NCBI GenBank assembly: GCA_016936235.1
Contig: JAFGPK010000042.1
Coordinates: forward strand, 32-64,031
Direction: 5' to 3'
Length of the DNA stretch: 64,000 nt
Source: Candidatus Fermentibacteraceae bacterium
GTDB lineage: Bacteria > Fermentibacterota > Fermentibacteria > Fermentibacterales > JCC-6
Positions 34,513-43,461 of the stretch are shown piece after piece (within the stretch, counting starts at the first letter, position 1; each line of letters opens with the position of its first letter). The notes under the pieces are model-generated. The model ran no database searches, had not been told where the DNA came from, and saw nothing but the letters and a program-made list of their open reading frames with translations. The position numbers and the translations under genes are program-made.

Positions 34513-35731
34513 CAGCATGATAATCCTCAGGAAGGAGCTGAAGCGAATTTTCACCGACAGGCGAAGCCTGTTCTTCCTTGTGGTGCTTCCCCTGGTGATG
34601 CTTCCCGCCATGTACTCGGTCATGGCCAAGATGGGCGAGGTGAAGGACTCCGACATAGCCTCTTTCAGGTCGACGATCTGCCTGTACGAAGGCGAGGGTA
34701 ACAGCGGTTTCACAACCCCCTTCATTCAAACGCTTTCGGAGCTTAACACGAATCTCCGGCTGGTGGAGCGGGATGAACTGGATGCCGTGAAACAGTCAAT
34801 CACCGGCAGGGAGCAGGAACTGCTCATAGTCCTACCGGACCACTTCGGCGAAAGTCTGGAGGCCTGCGAGACCTTCGACATATCAGCCTTCTACAACTCC
34901 ACGGCTGACTACTCGGTATATGCTTACGAACAGTCTCAACAGGCTCTTCTTACCCTGACCGACGAGATAGTCAGGGAAAGGATTACCGGAAGGGGCATCT
35001 GTGATGACGTGCTCAGTGTCTTCACGATCAACGGGTCGATGCAGGAATACGACCTGGCCCCTGAGGGCAGCGTCATAGGAAAGGTTATCGGCATACTGCT
35101 GCCATTCTTCATCCTGATCTACCTGTTCGCCAACTCGATGAAGGTTGGTCTCGATTCGGTTGCCGGGGAGAAGGAGAGAGGGACACTGGCGATCCAGCTC
35201 GTGAACCAGGTGGACAGGTTATCAATAGTCATAGGCAAGATGCTCTCGGTGATGATGGCGGCGGTAGTCGGGGCCGCCAGTTCGGTGATCGGACTCATCA
35301 TCGCCTCCCGCTACTTCATAAGCATGTTCGGCGACGCGGGTCCGGCCATGTCCGGTTACAGCATGAGCACCCTGAGCATCCTGCAGTTCGCCATCGTGAC
35401 CATTCCCCTGGCCGTACTGGTGGCCAGCATAGTGCTGATAGTATCCACCTACGCAAGGAACGCCAAGGAGGGACAGGGCATGATAATGCCCATCTACTTC
35501 GCGGTGATGATAATGGGCATAGCTTCCATGCAGGCCGGGGACGTGGCGCCCGTATGGATGAGGTCGACACCGATATTCAATTCGCTGATCGTCCTGAAGA
35601 GCATCTTCATGCACGATGCCGCCTGGGGTTCGATAATGACCGCCGTGCTTTCAAGTGTAGTGGTCTCCGCTGTGATCATCTACCTGACCCTGAGGATGTT
35701 CAGCAACGAGAAGATACTGTTCAGGATATAG
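34502..35731 (+). CDS. ABC-2 family transporter permease (NatB-like)
   Basis: The start is ATG 34502 (MLSDSMIILRKELKRIFTDRRSLFF), overlapping the ATPase stop. It has one N-terminal TM helix, a ~170-aa extracytoplasmic loop and five or six C-terminal TM helices. This topology is typical of ABC-2 permeases. Confidence 0.75.
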   Translation: MLSDSMIILRKELKRIFTDRRSLFFLVVLPLVMLPAMYSVMAKMGEVKDSDIASFRSTICLYEGEGNSGFTTPFIQTLSELNTNLRLVERDELDAVKQSITGREQELLIVLPDHFGESLEACETFDISAFYNSTADYSVYAYEQSQQALLTLTDEIVRERITGRGICDDVLSVFTINGSMQEYDLAPEGSVIGKVIGILLPFFILIYLFANSMKVGLDSVAGEKERGTLAIQLVNQVDRLSIVIGKMLSVMMAAVVGAASSVIGLIIASRYFISMFGDAGPAMSGYSMSTLSILQFAIVTIPLAVLVASIVLIVSTYARNAKEGQGMIMPIYFAVMIMGIASMQAGDVAPVWMRSTPIFNSLIVLKSIFMHDAAWGSIMTAVLSSVVVSAVIIYLTLRMFSNEKILFRI

Positions 35732-35740
35732 GAGGACCAC

Positions 35741-36565
35741 ATGCCCGGGATCGAGGAGCTTTCGCCGGAAACCGAGAGTACTTTCTTTCGATGCCTTCAC
35801 GATGAGAGGCCGGAAGACCCCGAGGTGACTTCGATCAGGAAGAGCTGGTTCCGAAGGCATCTGGACCTTGGGTTGAGGGCCAGGGTGCTGGTCACCGACT
35901 GCGACGAAGTGGCCGGTCTCTGCCAGTACCTTCCCATCGAGTATTCCCATTTTCTGGGCAGCGATCTGATAGCCGTACTTTGCATCTGGGTGCACGGCTA
36001 CGAATATCACCTGGGGAACAGGCAGGGGCAGGGATACGGAAGGATGATACTTGAAAGCATTGAGAAGGATGCCGGGAAGTCCGGTTTCAAGGGAGTTGCG
36101 GCCTGGGGTAAGGACTACCCGTACTGGAACCCGGTTTCCTTCTACGAGCATATGGGGTATGCCAGGGCGGACAGGATCGGCAACGACGTTCTTGTATGGA
36201 AGTCCTTCAGGGGCGAGGGAGAGCCACCCCGTTTCCTTAGACAGAGGAAACGCGGTCCGGTCCTGCCGGACAGGATAACCGTCGTATCGCTTTTCACAGG
36301 CTGGTGCGGAGGCTGTTCCTTCAATCTGGAAGCGAGGGAGGCTGCCAAGGATCTGAGGGACATTGCGGATTATATCGAAGTGGACACCTCAGTGAGAAAG
36401 AATATGCTGGAATGGGGTATTTCCGACGGCATCCTGATGGATGGTCAGCCCTATCGAAATGACGGGCCGCCCTTCACGAGAGAGGATCTTAAGAGGGACA
36501 TACTCGACCTGTACGGAAGAAAGACCGGACAACAGCGGACGGGATCGATGGAGGATCATGAATAG
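35741..36565 (+). CDS. GNAT-family N-acetyltransferase fused to a thioredoxin-fold-like C-terminal domain (YoaP-like architecture)
   Basis: 274 aa. The acetyl-CoA-binding region is NRQGQGYGRMILESIEKDAGKSGFKGV. The C-terminal ~100 aa carry a single WCGGC motif (VVSLFTGWCGGCSFNLEA). The YoaP-like label comes from memory of the B. subtilis YoaP architecture and is unverified. Confidence 0.6.
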   Translation: MPGIEELSPETESTFFRCLHDERPEDPEVTSIRKSWFRRHLDLGLRARVLVTDCDEVAGLCQYLPIEYSHFLGSDLIAVLCIWVHGYEYHLGNRQGQGYGRMILESIEKDAGKSGFKGVAAWGKDYPYWNPVSFYEHMGYARADRIGNDVLVWKSFRGEGEPPRFLRQRKRGPVLPDRITVVSLFTGWCGGCSFNLEAREAAKDLRDIADYIEVDTSVRKNMLEWGISDGILMDGQPYRNDGPPFTREDLKRDILDLYGRKTGQQRTGSMEDHE

Positions 36566-36779
36566 AAGCACTCCTCATACGGCCATCGTCACTGTTGCCG
36601 TCATCCTTTGGTCCTGCGACGATCCGCAGGGGATCATAGCGTGGGAGACGAACCCCGCTAACGGCAGCTTCGTCTTCTACTTGCTGGAGACCGCGCGGCA
36701 GGAGAGTTGACCGCCGCCGAAGAAACTGTGTGGATCGGTCCGGAACAATCAACCCGGATTCTTGGAGGGTAAGACGATA

Positions 36780-37856
36780 ATGTATCCATTCTCTGGTATC
36801 GTAGGGCAGGATGACGCAAAGCTGGCACTGGCCATCGCGGCCGTCGATCCCGGCATCGGCGGAGTGCTGCTGTCGGGAATGAAGGGAACGGGCAAGAGCA
36901 CCCTGGTGAGGTCCTTCGTGAACATCCTGCCGGATCAGACCGTTGTGAGCGACTGTGTCTACGGGTGCGTCCCTGATGACGACCGCTTTCTGTGCGACAG
37001 CTGCAGGGATGCCGCTGAAGCCGGGAAGAGCCTCGGGACCATCACGCGCAGACCATCCCTGGTGACAGTCCCCCTGGGTGTGACCGAAGACAGGCTCCTG
37101 GGAACCATCAACGTGGAGAAACTGCTTAAGGAGGGTTTCAAGGAGTTCCTTCCGGGTCTGCTGGCAAACGCGAACAACCAGGTGCTATACGTCGACGAGG
37201 TCAATCTGCTGTCAGATAACATCACCGACGACATCCTCGATGCATGTGCAGGGGGGTTCAACACGGTGGAGCGGGAAGGTGTCTCCGTCACCCATCCCGC
37301 AAGGTTCGTACTGGTGGGCACAATGAACCCCGAAGAAGGCAACCTCCGGCCGCAGATCCTGGACAGGTTCGCCATGTCAGTGGACGTAAGGACGGAGATG
37401 AACCCTCTCAGGAGAATCGATATCATCGAGAGAAACCTGGCCTGGGAAACCGACTCAGAGAGGTTCGGAAATGCTTTCGGCAAGGCCGATGCAAGGTTGC
37501 GGAAGACGATATCGGCTGCAAGGAGAAGGCTGGAGGGCATAAGGCTCCCGGTGTCAGCCATCGAGACCGTTGCAGGGGCGATGTCGAGCCTGAAGGTGGA
37601 CGGCCAGAGGCCGGACCTGGTAACCATCAGGGCCGCAAGGGCCTGGGCGGCGCTGGAGGACCGCGGGGAAGTGAACATCGAAGCTCTGAAGTCCGTAGCT
37701 CCCCTCTGCGTCTGCCACCGCACCAGATCAGGTGGCATGAACCAGCCTCCCGAGCCGGATGAACTGATGGAGGTCCTGGAAAAGAACTCCTCTGCCTCGA
37801 AGTCCGCCGGACAAAGGTACTTCGATCCTGAAAAAGTCCTGACCGGGGAAGAATGA
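36780..37856 (+). CDS. ChlI/BchI-like AAA+ ATPase (Mg-chelatase subunit I family)
   Basis: The ATG at 36780 follows a GGAGGG box. FSGIVGQDDAKLALAIAAVDPGIGGVLLSGMKGTGKST contains Walker A, and VLYVDEVNLL is Walker B. Other family motifs are GFNTVEREGVSVTHPARFVLVGTMNPEEGNLRPQILDRF. There is a four-Cys insert CVYGCVPDDDRFLCDSC. Its stop overlaps the next gene start (ATGA). Confidence 0.85.
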   Translation: MYPFSGIVGQDDAKLALAIAAVDPGIGGVLLSGMKGTGKSTLVRSFVNILPDQTVVSDCVYGCVPDDDRFLCDSCRDAAEAGKSLGTITRRPSLVTVPLGVTEDRLLGTINVEKLLKEGFKEFLPGLLANANNQVLYVDEVNLLSDNITDDILDACAGGFNTVEREGVSVTHPARFVLVGTMNPEEGNLRPQILDRFAMSVDVRTEMNPLRRIDIIERNLAWETDSERFGNAFGKADARLRKTISAARRRLEGIRLPVSAIETVAGAMSSLKVDGQRPDLVTIRAARAWAALEDRGEVNIEALKSVAPLCVCHRTRSGGMNQPPEPDELMEVLEKNSSASKSAGQRYFDPEKVLTGEE

Positions 37857-39904
37857 TGGCCAGGGGACATTCCCTGCCATTCTCGGCCGTGATGGGACTG
37901 GAGAGAGCGGCACTGGCAATCCGCCTTTCCCTTGTGGACGATACCCTGGGCGGCGTCCTGATATCCGGCACCAGGGGCACTGGCAAATCCACCCTGGCCT
38001 CGGCCGCCCGGTTCCTTCATCCCTGCCTTGAACCGGACGATGCTCTCGTAAGGGTCCCGCTTGGTGTCACCGAGGAGAACCTGATGGGAGGTCTCGACCT
38101 TCAGGAGATCCTCGGCAGGGGTATGCTGAAGACCAGGCCGGGGCTGCTTCAAAGAGCTCACGGCAGGATACTGCTGATAGACAACGTGAATCTCCTCAGT
38201 GACAGACTGGTGGATCTGGTGCTGGACTGCACCGCCAGCGGCATACTCACGGTGGAGCGGGAGGGCGTATCCGTCACCGCCGAGAGCCGTTTCAAGCTCT
38301 TCGCCACCATGGATCCGGAAGAGGGAACTCTGCGCCCTCAGCTGCTCGACCGCTTCGACATGTCGGTCCAGGTGGAAAGCCTCGAAACTCCAGAGGAACG
38401 AGCGGCCCTTGCTATCCGTCTACTTGCGCTGGAGCAGAAGGGATGCGGGGGATCTGACGTGTTCAGACAACGTGACCTGCTGCTTCGGGAAGAGATCGGC
38501 AGGGCGAGGAAGAGGCTTTCGAGGGTAGGCATAAAGGTCCGGTCGCTGGCTGCCATCGTGTTCGCCATGAGCCTGCTGGAAGTGGACGGCCACAGGCCTG
38601 AACTGGTCATAACAAAGGCCTCCGGGGCGCTGGCTGCCCTGAGGGGAAGAACGAAGGTGATCTGGGACGACGTTCGTGATGCGGCGGGACTTGTCACGGG
38701 CCACAGGACCAGGGGGGGCGGAGCCCAGGGTCCGCCCTCCGAAGAGGCTGTTATGAAGGCACTGAAGACGGGGTGGGGTATTGGATCCAGGTTCGGGGCC
38801 GCGGACATCCTGCTTCAGCTCCGTGATACTCAGGGCCGTCTGCTGGAGGCCGTGACCGCCGGTATGGACTCCATGGATGAGGAAGTCCGCAGCTGGAGCA
38901 GCGAGACGGGGCAGCTGAAGGAGCGCAAGGGAATGTTCGAGAGCGAGTTCCCGGAGTTCATGAAGAGCAGTGTACTGAAGAAGCTCATGGACAGGATATC
39001 GTTGACGGCCCTGGCGGGAACCGGCTCGAAACACACCGGGGCGAAACCCTCACTGGACCTGGAGAGGGGGAAGAGGGTTCGCGTGGTTCCCACGGATGAC
39101 CCGCGCAAGCTGGATGTCCTCCAGACAGTGATAGCCGCAGTTGTTCAGGGTCAGAGGCTTCCACTGGTGCCCCTGGAGAGGAGCTGGTGGAGGGCATGGG
39201 AGAGAAGTGCCAGACCAAGGGCGACGGTCATGCTGGTCATCGACGCCAGCAAGTCCTCGAGTGGGTACCTCTTCGGTCTCAGCAGTCTTCTCAGGACGCT
39301 TTTCGAGGATCATTTCGATCCCCTCTCCAGGGTGGGCCTGATATCGATGAACAGGGGGCGCGTGGTACTGCATTTCAAGCCGACCAGGAACAGACTGAGG
39401 GTCTACGGCAGGATGAGGGACCTGGTATCCGAGGGATACACACCACTTGCAGAAGCCATCCATACCGCCAGGAGAGTCCTTCAGAAGAGCAACACCACGG
39501 GAGATGTCAGAGGGACGTACATTCTCCTTGTCTCGGACTGCGCTCCGGAGCCCCTCCCCCTGGGCTGCATAGACCCCTTTGAAAGTGATCTGTACTGGGG
39601 AGTAAGGAAACAGGCCGACCTCTGCGGCATGATCGGCATTCCCATAATGATCATCGACCCGCTGAACTATCCTTCCCTGCACAGCCCGGAGAGGATGCCG
39701 GGCAGGAGGCTTGCGAGATATATGGAGAAGGTGACAAGGAGCGCGGTCATCCCCCTTCCAGCTAAAATACTGGATTCGGAGAACAGGATAGTGGAAGTGG
39801 TGAATTCCATTGTCCTGCGGAAGGAACGCAGCACCGCCTTCTCGGAACTGGGCAGCCAGATATCGAAATACTCCGGAGCCGGTTGTCCCTGGCTTCGTGG
39901 CTGA
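37853..39904 (+). CDS. ChlD/BchD-like protein: degenerate AAA+ domain plus a C-terminal von Willebrand A domain
   Basis: 683 aa. It has GVLISGTRGTGKST and ILLIDNVNLL, where Walker B is DN rather than DE, as is usual for D subunits. It also has TVEREGVSVTAESRFKLFATMDPEEGTLRPQLLDRF. The C-terminal vWA domain has the MIDAS motif VIDASKSSSG. No ChlH/CobN-like large subunit is present in the window. Confidence 0.8.
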   Translation: MMARGHSLPFSAVMGLERAALAIRLSLVDDTLGGVLISGTRGTGKSTLASAARFLHPCLEPDDALVRVPLGVTEENLMGGLDLQEILGRGMLKTRPGLLQRAHGRILLIDNVNLLSDRLVDLVLDCTASGILTVEREGVSVTAESRFKLFATMDPEEGTLRPQLLDRFDMSVQVESLETPEERAALAIRLLALEQKGCGGSDVFRQRDLLLREEIGRARKRLSRVGIKVRSLAAIVFAMSLLEVDGHRPELVITKASGALAALRGRTKVIWDDVRDAAGLVTGHRTRGGGAQGPPSEEAVMKALKTGWGIGSRFGAADILLQLRDTQGRLLEAVTAGMDSMDEEVRSWSSETGQLKERKGMFESEFPEFMKSSVLKKLMDRISLTALAGTGSKHTGAKPSLDLERGKRVRVVPTDDPRKLDVLQTVIAAVVQGQRLPLVPLERSWWRAWERSARPRATVMLVIDASKSSSGYLFGLSSLLRTLFEDHFDPLSRVGLISMNRGRVVLHFKPTRNRLRVYGRMRDLVSEGYTPLAEAIHTARRVLQKSNTTGDVRGTYILLVSDCAPEPLPLGCIDPFESDLYWGVRKQADLCGMIGIPIMIIDPLNYPSLHSPERMPGRRLARYMEKVTRSAVIPLPAKILDSENRIVEVVNSIVLRKERSTAFSELGSQISKYSGAGCPWLRG

Positions 39905-40107
39905 CCATACGGATACATCCGCTTCCCATCGGGAAGGGGACCCTGTCCCATCCTGGAGAAACCCCGGAGCGGTGGATCGGGCAAGTTCGGCAACGGCACT
40001 GACGCGCCCCTGAAGTTATCATCCCTGTTCTTGACGCAATAGGTGGGATTACACATCTAATACTCTGATTTTCAGCGGGTTCCGAAAACGAGTGAAGGGA
40101 AGCCTGG

Positions 40108-42102
40108 ATGATACTCCTTGAGACCCTCTATTCGGTGATCGAAGGCAACTTCGATTTTCTGCTGGTGGTGGACGGCAACGAGAAGGTCATCTACCGCAGT
40201 CCCCTGCTGAAGCGCTGCTGCACTCCCGAAGAGGGGGACGAGGAGCATTCCCACCTTGTCGACATTCTCGACGAGGAGTCTCTGGCGTCCTTCAGGAACG
40301 CCGTGAAGAACGTCGCCAAAGGCTCCAGGGGTGTCATTGCGCTGTTCTCCTCCAAGCTCGACCAGACATCGGCCATTCCGATGAAGGTCGGTTATGTGGA
40401 GAGCGTCCAGGGAGGCATCTACCTTTTCTTCGGCGCCCAGGTCGATGCGCTCCGAAGGATAAGCGACTGGGAGAAGGAAGAGCGGGTCAAGGAGCTGTCC
40501 TGCCTTTATGCCGTGGCGGAGTGGATAGAGGTCTCGGCTTCCATAAGCGAGTTCTTCACCAGGCTTCCGGATTACCTTTCCAGGGGCATGCGCTTCCCCG
40601 ACGAGGCGGTGGTTTATTCCATCTACCAGGAGGAGGAGTACGGGCAGAAACCCGCAAGCGATGAGTACATAAGCGTTGATCTTGTGGTCAGCGGCGCTCC
40701 CAAGGGCGAGATAAGGGTGGGTTACATCAGCGGAAGCCACGAACTCCTCCCCGAGGAGCAGAAGATGCTCAACGAGATCGGCAGGATGCTGAGTCTGGCC
40801 CTGGAGCGCAAGGAGCTCAGGGAGAGGATGGCCCTGAAGCAGGAGGAAGAGGAGGAGCTGAACCGTCGCCTGAGCAAGCTCGAGGAGGAGATATCCGGCA
40901 GGGAGAAGGAACTCGAGGAACAGAATCAGAAGCTCAGCACCGCTGACTCATACCTGGACAGAGTCAACCGAAGCTGGGAGGAGACCAAGCACCGTCTCGA
41001 GACGATGTTCCGGGCCATCCCGGGAGAGGTCATGCTCATCGACATGAACCGCAACGTCGTGATGAGCAACCAGGACGACATCGATCCCGGGGACAAGTGC
41101 TACAGGACCTATTTCAACCGCGACATACCCTGCAGGGACTGCCGGCTGGAGAAGATAAAGAGGGACAAGACACCCATAACGATAACCATAGCCGACGGAG
41201 AGAGGTTCCTGGAAGTGCACACCCTTCCCGTGTACAACCAGGAGGAGGAGGTCGATGGAATCCTGGAGTTCTACAGGGACGTCACCCTGGAGAAGACCTA
41301 CGAGCAGCAGATACAGCAGGCGGACAAGCTGGCTTCGCTGGGACAGCTTGTCAGCGGGATTGGCCACGAGATAAACAACCCCAACCAGTTCATCCGCGGG
41401 AACATCAAGATCATCAGGCAGGCGATAACCGACATGCTGCCCATCATCGACAGGTATGCTGAGGATCATCCCGACCTGAAGATAGCGCGTTTGAAGTATG
41501 ACTTCTTCAGGGAGCATATCATGACCCTCATCGACGACATGTCCCACGGCTCGGAGAGGATAAAGGGGATAGTGGAGGGGCTCAGGGGCTTCGCGAGGAA
41601 GGACGAGGGGCTCCTCGTGGACAAGGTGGACGTGAACACACTCCTGGAAGCGACCACCAGGCTTGTGAAGAACGAGGTCCACAAGCATGCCGAGATCAGA
41701 CTGGATCTTGGGGATGATATCGAGAAGTTCACGGGGAATTCCCAGAAGATTGAACAGGTCTTCGTGAACCTCATAGTAAACTCCGCCCAGGCGATCCCGG
41801 ACGACAGGAAGGGGCTCATAGAGGTCAGGACCTCCATGGACGGAAGCGATGTGGTCATAGAGGTGGAGGACAACGGCAGGGGGATGGACGAGAAGACGCA
41901 GAAGCAGATATTCGACCCCTTCTTCACCACCAAGAGAGCCAAGGGCGGCACCGGTCTGGGTCTGGCCATAGCATTCAGGATAATCGAGGAGCATTCCGGC
42001 AGCATCTCGGTGAAGAGCAGGTCCGGCAAGGGAACCATCTTCACCATCAGGATTCCGGCGGGGAAGAGCCAGGTGGCTGAGGACAGGAAGGTCGGCAGTT
42101 GA
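40108..42102 (+). CDS. Cytoplasmic sensor histidine kinase (PAS-like modules, coiled coil, HisKA, HATPase_c)
   Basis: 664 aa with no TM helices. It has a long EEEL/KELEE coiled coil and a Cys-rich PAS-like segment (DKCYRTYFNRDIPCRDCRLEK). The H-box is SGIGHEINNPNQF, and the N/G boxes are VNLIVNSAQA, EVEDNGRGMD and GGTGLGLAIA. Its stop overlaps the regulator start (TTGA). Confidence 0.85.
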   Translation: MILLETLYSVIEGNFDFLLVVDGNEKVIYRSPLLKRCCTPEEGDEEHSHLVDILDEESLASFRNAVKNVAKGSRGVIALFSSKLDQTSAIPMKVGYVESVQGGIYLFFGAQVDALRRISDWEKEERVKELSCLYAVAEWIEVSASISEFFTRLPDYLSRGMRFPDEAVVYSIYQEEEYGQKPASDEYISVDLVVSGAPKGEIRVGYISGSHELLPEEQKMLNEIGRMLSLALERKELRERMALKQEEEEELNRRLSKLEEEISGREKELEEQNQKLSTADSYLDRVNRSWEETKHRLETMFRAIPGEVMLIDMNRNVVMSNQDDIDPGDKCYRTYFNRDIPCRDCRLEKIKRDKTPITITIADGERFLEVHTLPVYNQEEEVDGILEFYRDVTLEKTYEQQIQQADKLASLGQLVSGIGHEINNPNQFIRGNIKIIRQAITDMLPIIDRYAEDHPDLKIARLKYDFFREHIMTLIDDMSHGSERIKGIVEGLRGFARKDEGLLVDKVDVNTLLEATTRLVKNEVHKHAEIRLDLGDDIEKFTGNSQKIEQVFVNLIVNSAQAIPDDRKGLIEVRTSMDGSDVVIEVEDNGRGMDEKTQKQIFDPFFTTKRAKGGTGLGLAIAFRIIEEHSGSISVKSRSGKGTIFTIRIPAGKSQVAEDRKVGS

Positions 42103-43457
42103 AGAGAGTACTCATTGTAGACGACGATGTAGCGGTGACCAACTATTTCATGGTCTTCCTGATGCAGACGGAGGTCTTCGAGCCTACGGTGATAAACGAT
42201 TCAAGAGAGGTGATGAAAACCCTCGAAGAGGGTGATTTCGATGTCATCATGCTGGACCTGGACATGCCGAACGTCAGCGGCATGGAGATACTGGACATGA
42301 TGAACTCCAGGAAGATCAACGTTCCGGTGCTGATACTCACAGGAGTCAACGACGTCGACCTGGCTGTGAAGAGCATGAAGCGGGGCGCCTTCGATTACCT
42401 TACGAAGCCGGTGGATGACGAGTACCTGCTCGAGGTGCTGGACAGCGCAATCGAGCACGGCGCGGTGAACAGTACAATAGAAAGACTGCCCAAGTCACTT
42501 TCCAGAGAGGATCTTGACAACAAGGCCGCCTTCGAGCACCTCCCTACACAGGACCCTGCGGTTATCAGGATGTTCCACCAGGCGGAAAGGATGGCGGAGG
42601 GAGACCTCAGCATATTCATATGGGGGGAGAGGGGCACGGGAAAGGAATCCCTGGCAAGGGCCGTGCACAATGCCTCCCCGCGAGTGGACAGGCCATTCAT
42701 AGCAGTGGACAGCGGCTCCCATTCGCAGGGGCAGTTCTCGGCGGAGCTCTACGGGAGGGCCAAGGAGTGGGGCGGCAAGAACAAGGAGATGGATGGCTTC
42801 CTGGAGGCGGCGTCCGGAGGCACTCTGTTCATAGACCACATTGAGAACATGAGCCTTCCGGTCCAGGTCCGCCTGAAGAGAGTGATCCAGACCGGCGAGT
42901 ACTACAGGGACAATTCCACAGAGATACTCAAATGCGATGTGAGACTGATAGTGGCATCCACCCGTGACCTCACAAGCTCAAAATACCGTGACACCTTTTC
43001 CCTGGACCTGCTCTACCACCTTATGGTCAACTCCATCCGCATTCCCCCCCTTCGGGAAAGGATCGACGATATCCCCCTGCTGGTTGAGCATTTTCTGGAA
43101 AGGGAAGTGGAGAGGACGGGCAAGAAGATAGAAACCGTGTCCGACGAACTGATGCAGATGCTGAAGCAGTACAGCTTCCCGGACAATGTGCAGGAACTGA
43201 AGAACATAATCGCATTCGCCGTGATAAATACGGAGGGGGATACCCTGACGCTGAACTCCCTGTCTCCTTACATAAGGGAGAGGCTCGTGCCGGGCGAAGT
43301 GTCGGGAGACTTCGTTCCGATGAAGCTCCATGACAAAGTGGCCGACCACGTCATGAAGACGATGGAGTATTGCGGCGGGGTCCGGAAAGACGCAGCCAGA
43401 CTGCTGGACATCGAACCTGACAGGCTTGAGGAACTGCTGGAGGAAACCGGGCAGTAA
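42099..43457 (+). CDS. NtrC-architecture response regulator (REC, AAA+, Fis-type HTH) with a degenerate sigma-54-interaction/ATPase module
   Basis: 452 aa. The REC motifs are VLIVDDD, VIMLDLDMP, LILTG and LTKP. Walker A is GERGTGKE. Where ELFGHEKGAFTGA is expected the sequence reads ELYGRAKEWGGKN. Walker B reads TLFIDHI (DH rather than DE). The FRxDLxxRL box reads FSLDLLYHL. The C-terminal HTH is GGVRKDAARLLDIEPDRLEELL. Confidence 0.8.
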   Translation: MKRVLIVDDDVAVTNYFMVFLMQTEVFEPTVINDSREVMKTLEEGDFDVIMLDLDMPNVSGMEILDMMNSRKINVPVLILTGVNDVDLAVKSMKRGAFDYLTKPVDDEYLLEVLDSAIEHGAVNSTIERLPKSLSREDLDNKAAFEHLPTQDPAVIRMFHQAERMAEGDLSIFIWGERGTGKESLARAVHNASPRVDRPFIAVDSGSHSQGQFSAELYGRAKEWGGKNKEMDGFLEAASGGTLFIDHIENMSLPVQVRLKRVIQTGEYYRDNSTEILKCDVRLIVASTRDLTSSKYRDTFSLDLLYHLMVNSIRIPPLRERIDDIPLLVEHFLEREVERTGKKIETVSDELMQMLKQYSFPDNVQELKNIIAFAVINTEGDTLTLNSLSPYIRERLVPGEVSGDFVPMKLHDKVADHVMKTMEYCGGVRKDAARLLDIEPDRLEELLEETGQ

Positions 43458-43461
43458 AAGG

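Noticed and set aside
33745-34725. 326-aa minus-strand ORF over the ABC transporter genes
   Set aside because: It is antisense to an ATPase with Walker A, signature and Walker B motifs, and it has no motifs of its own.
36959-38161. 400-aa minus-strand ORF over the chlI/chlD-like junction
   Set aside because: It is antisense to two AAA+ genes with clear motifs. The product is Ser/Pro/Arg-rich low-complexity sequence.
36780-39904. Interpreting the ChlI/ChlD-like pair as evidence for (bacterio)chlorophyll biosynthesis
   Set aside because: No ChlH/BchH gene or any other photosynthesis or tetrapyrrole gene is in the window. The surrounding gene content points to an anaerobic fermentative or ferredoxin-based metabolism.
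40948-41994. 348-aa minus-strand ORF inside the histidine kinase gene
   Set aside because: It is an antisense shadow. The kinase H, N and G boxes are on the + strand.
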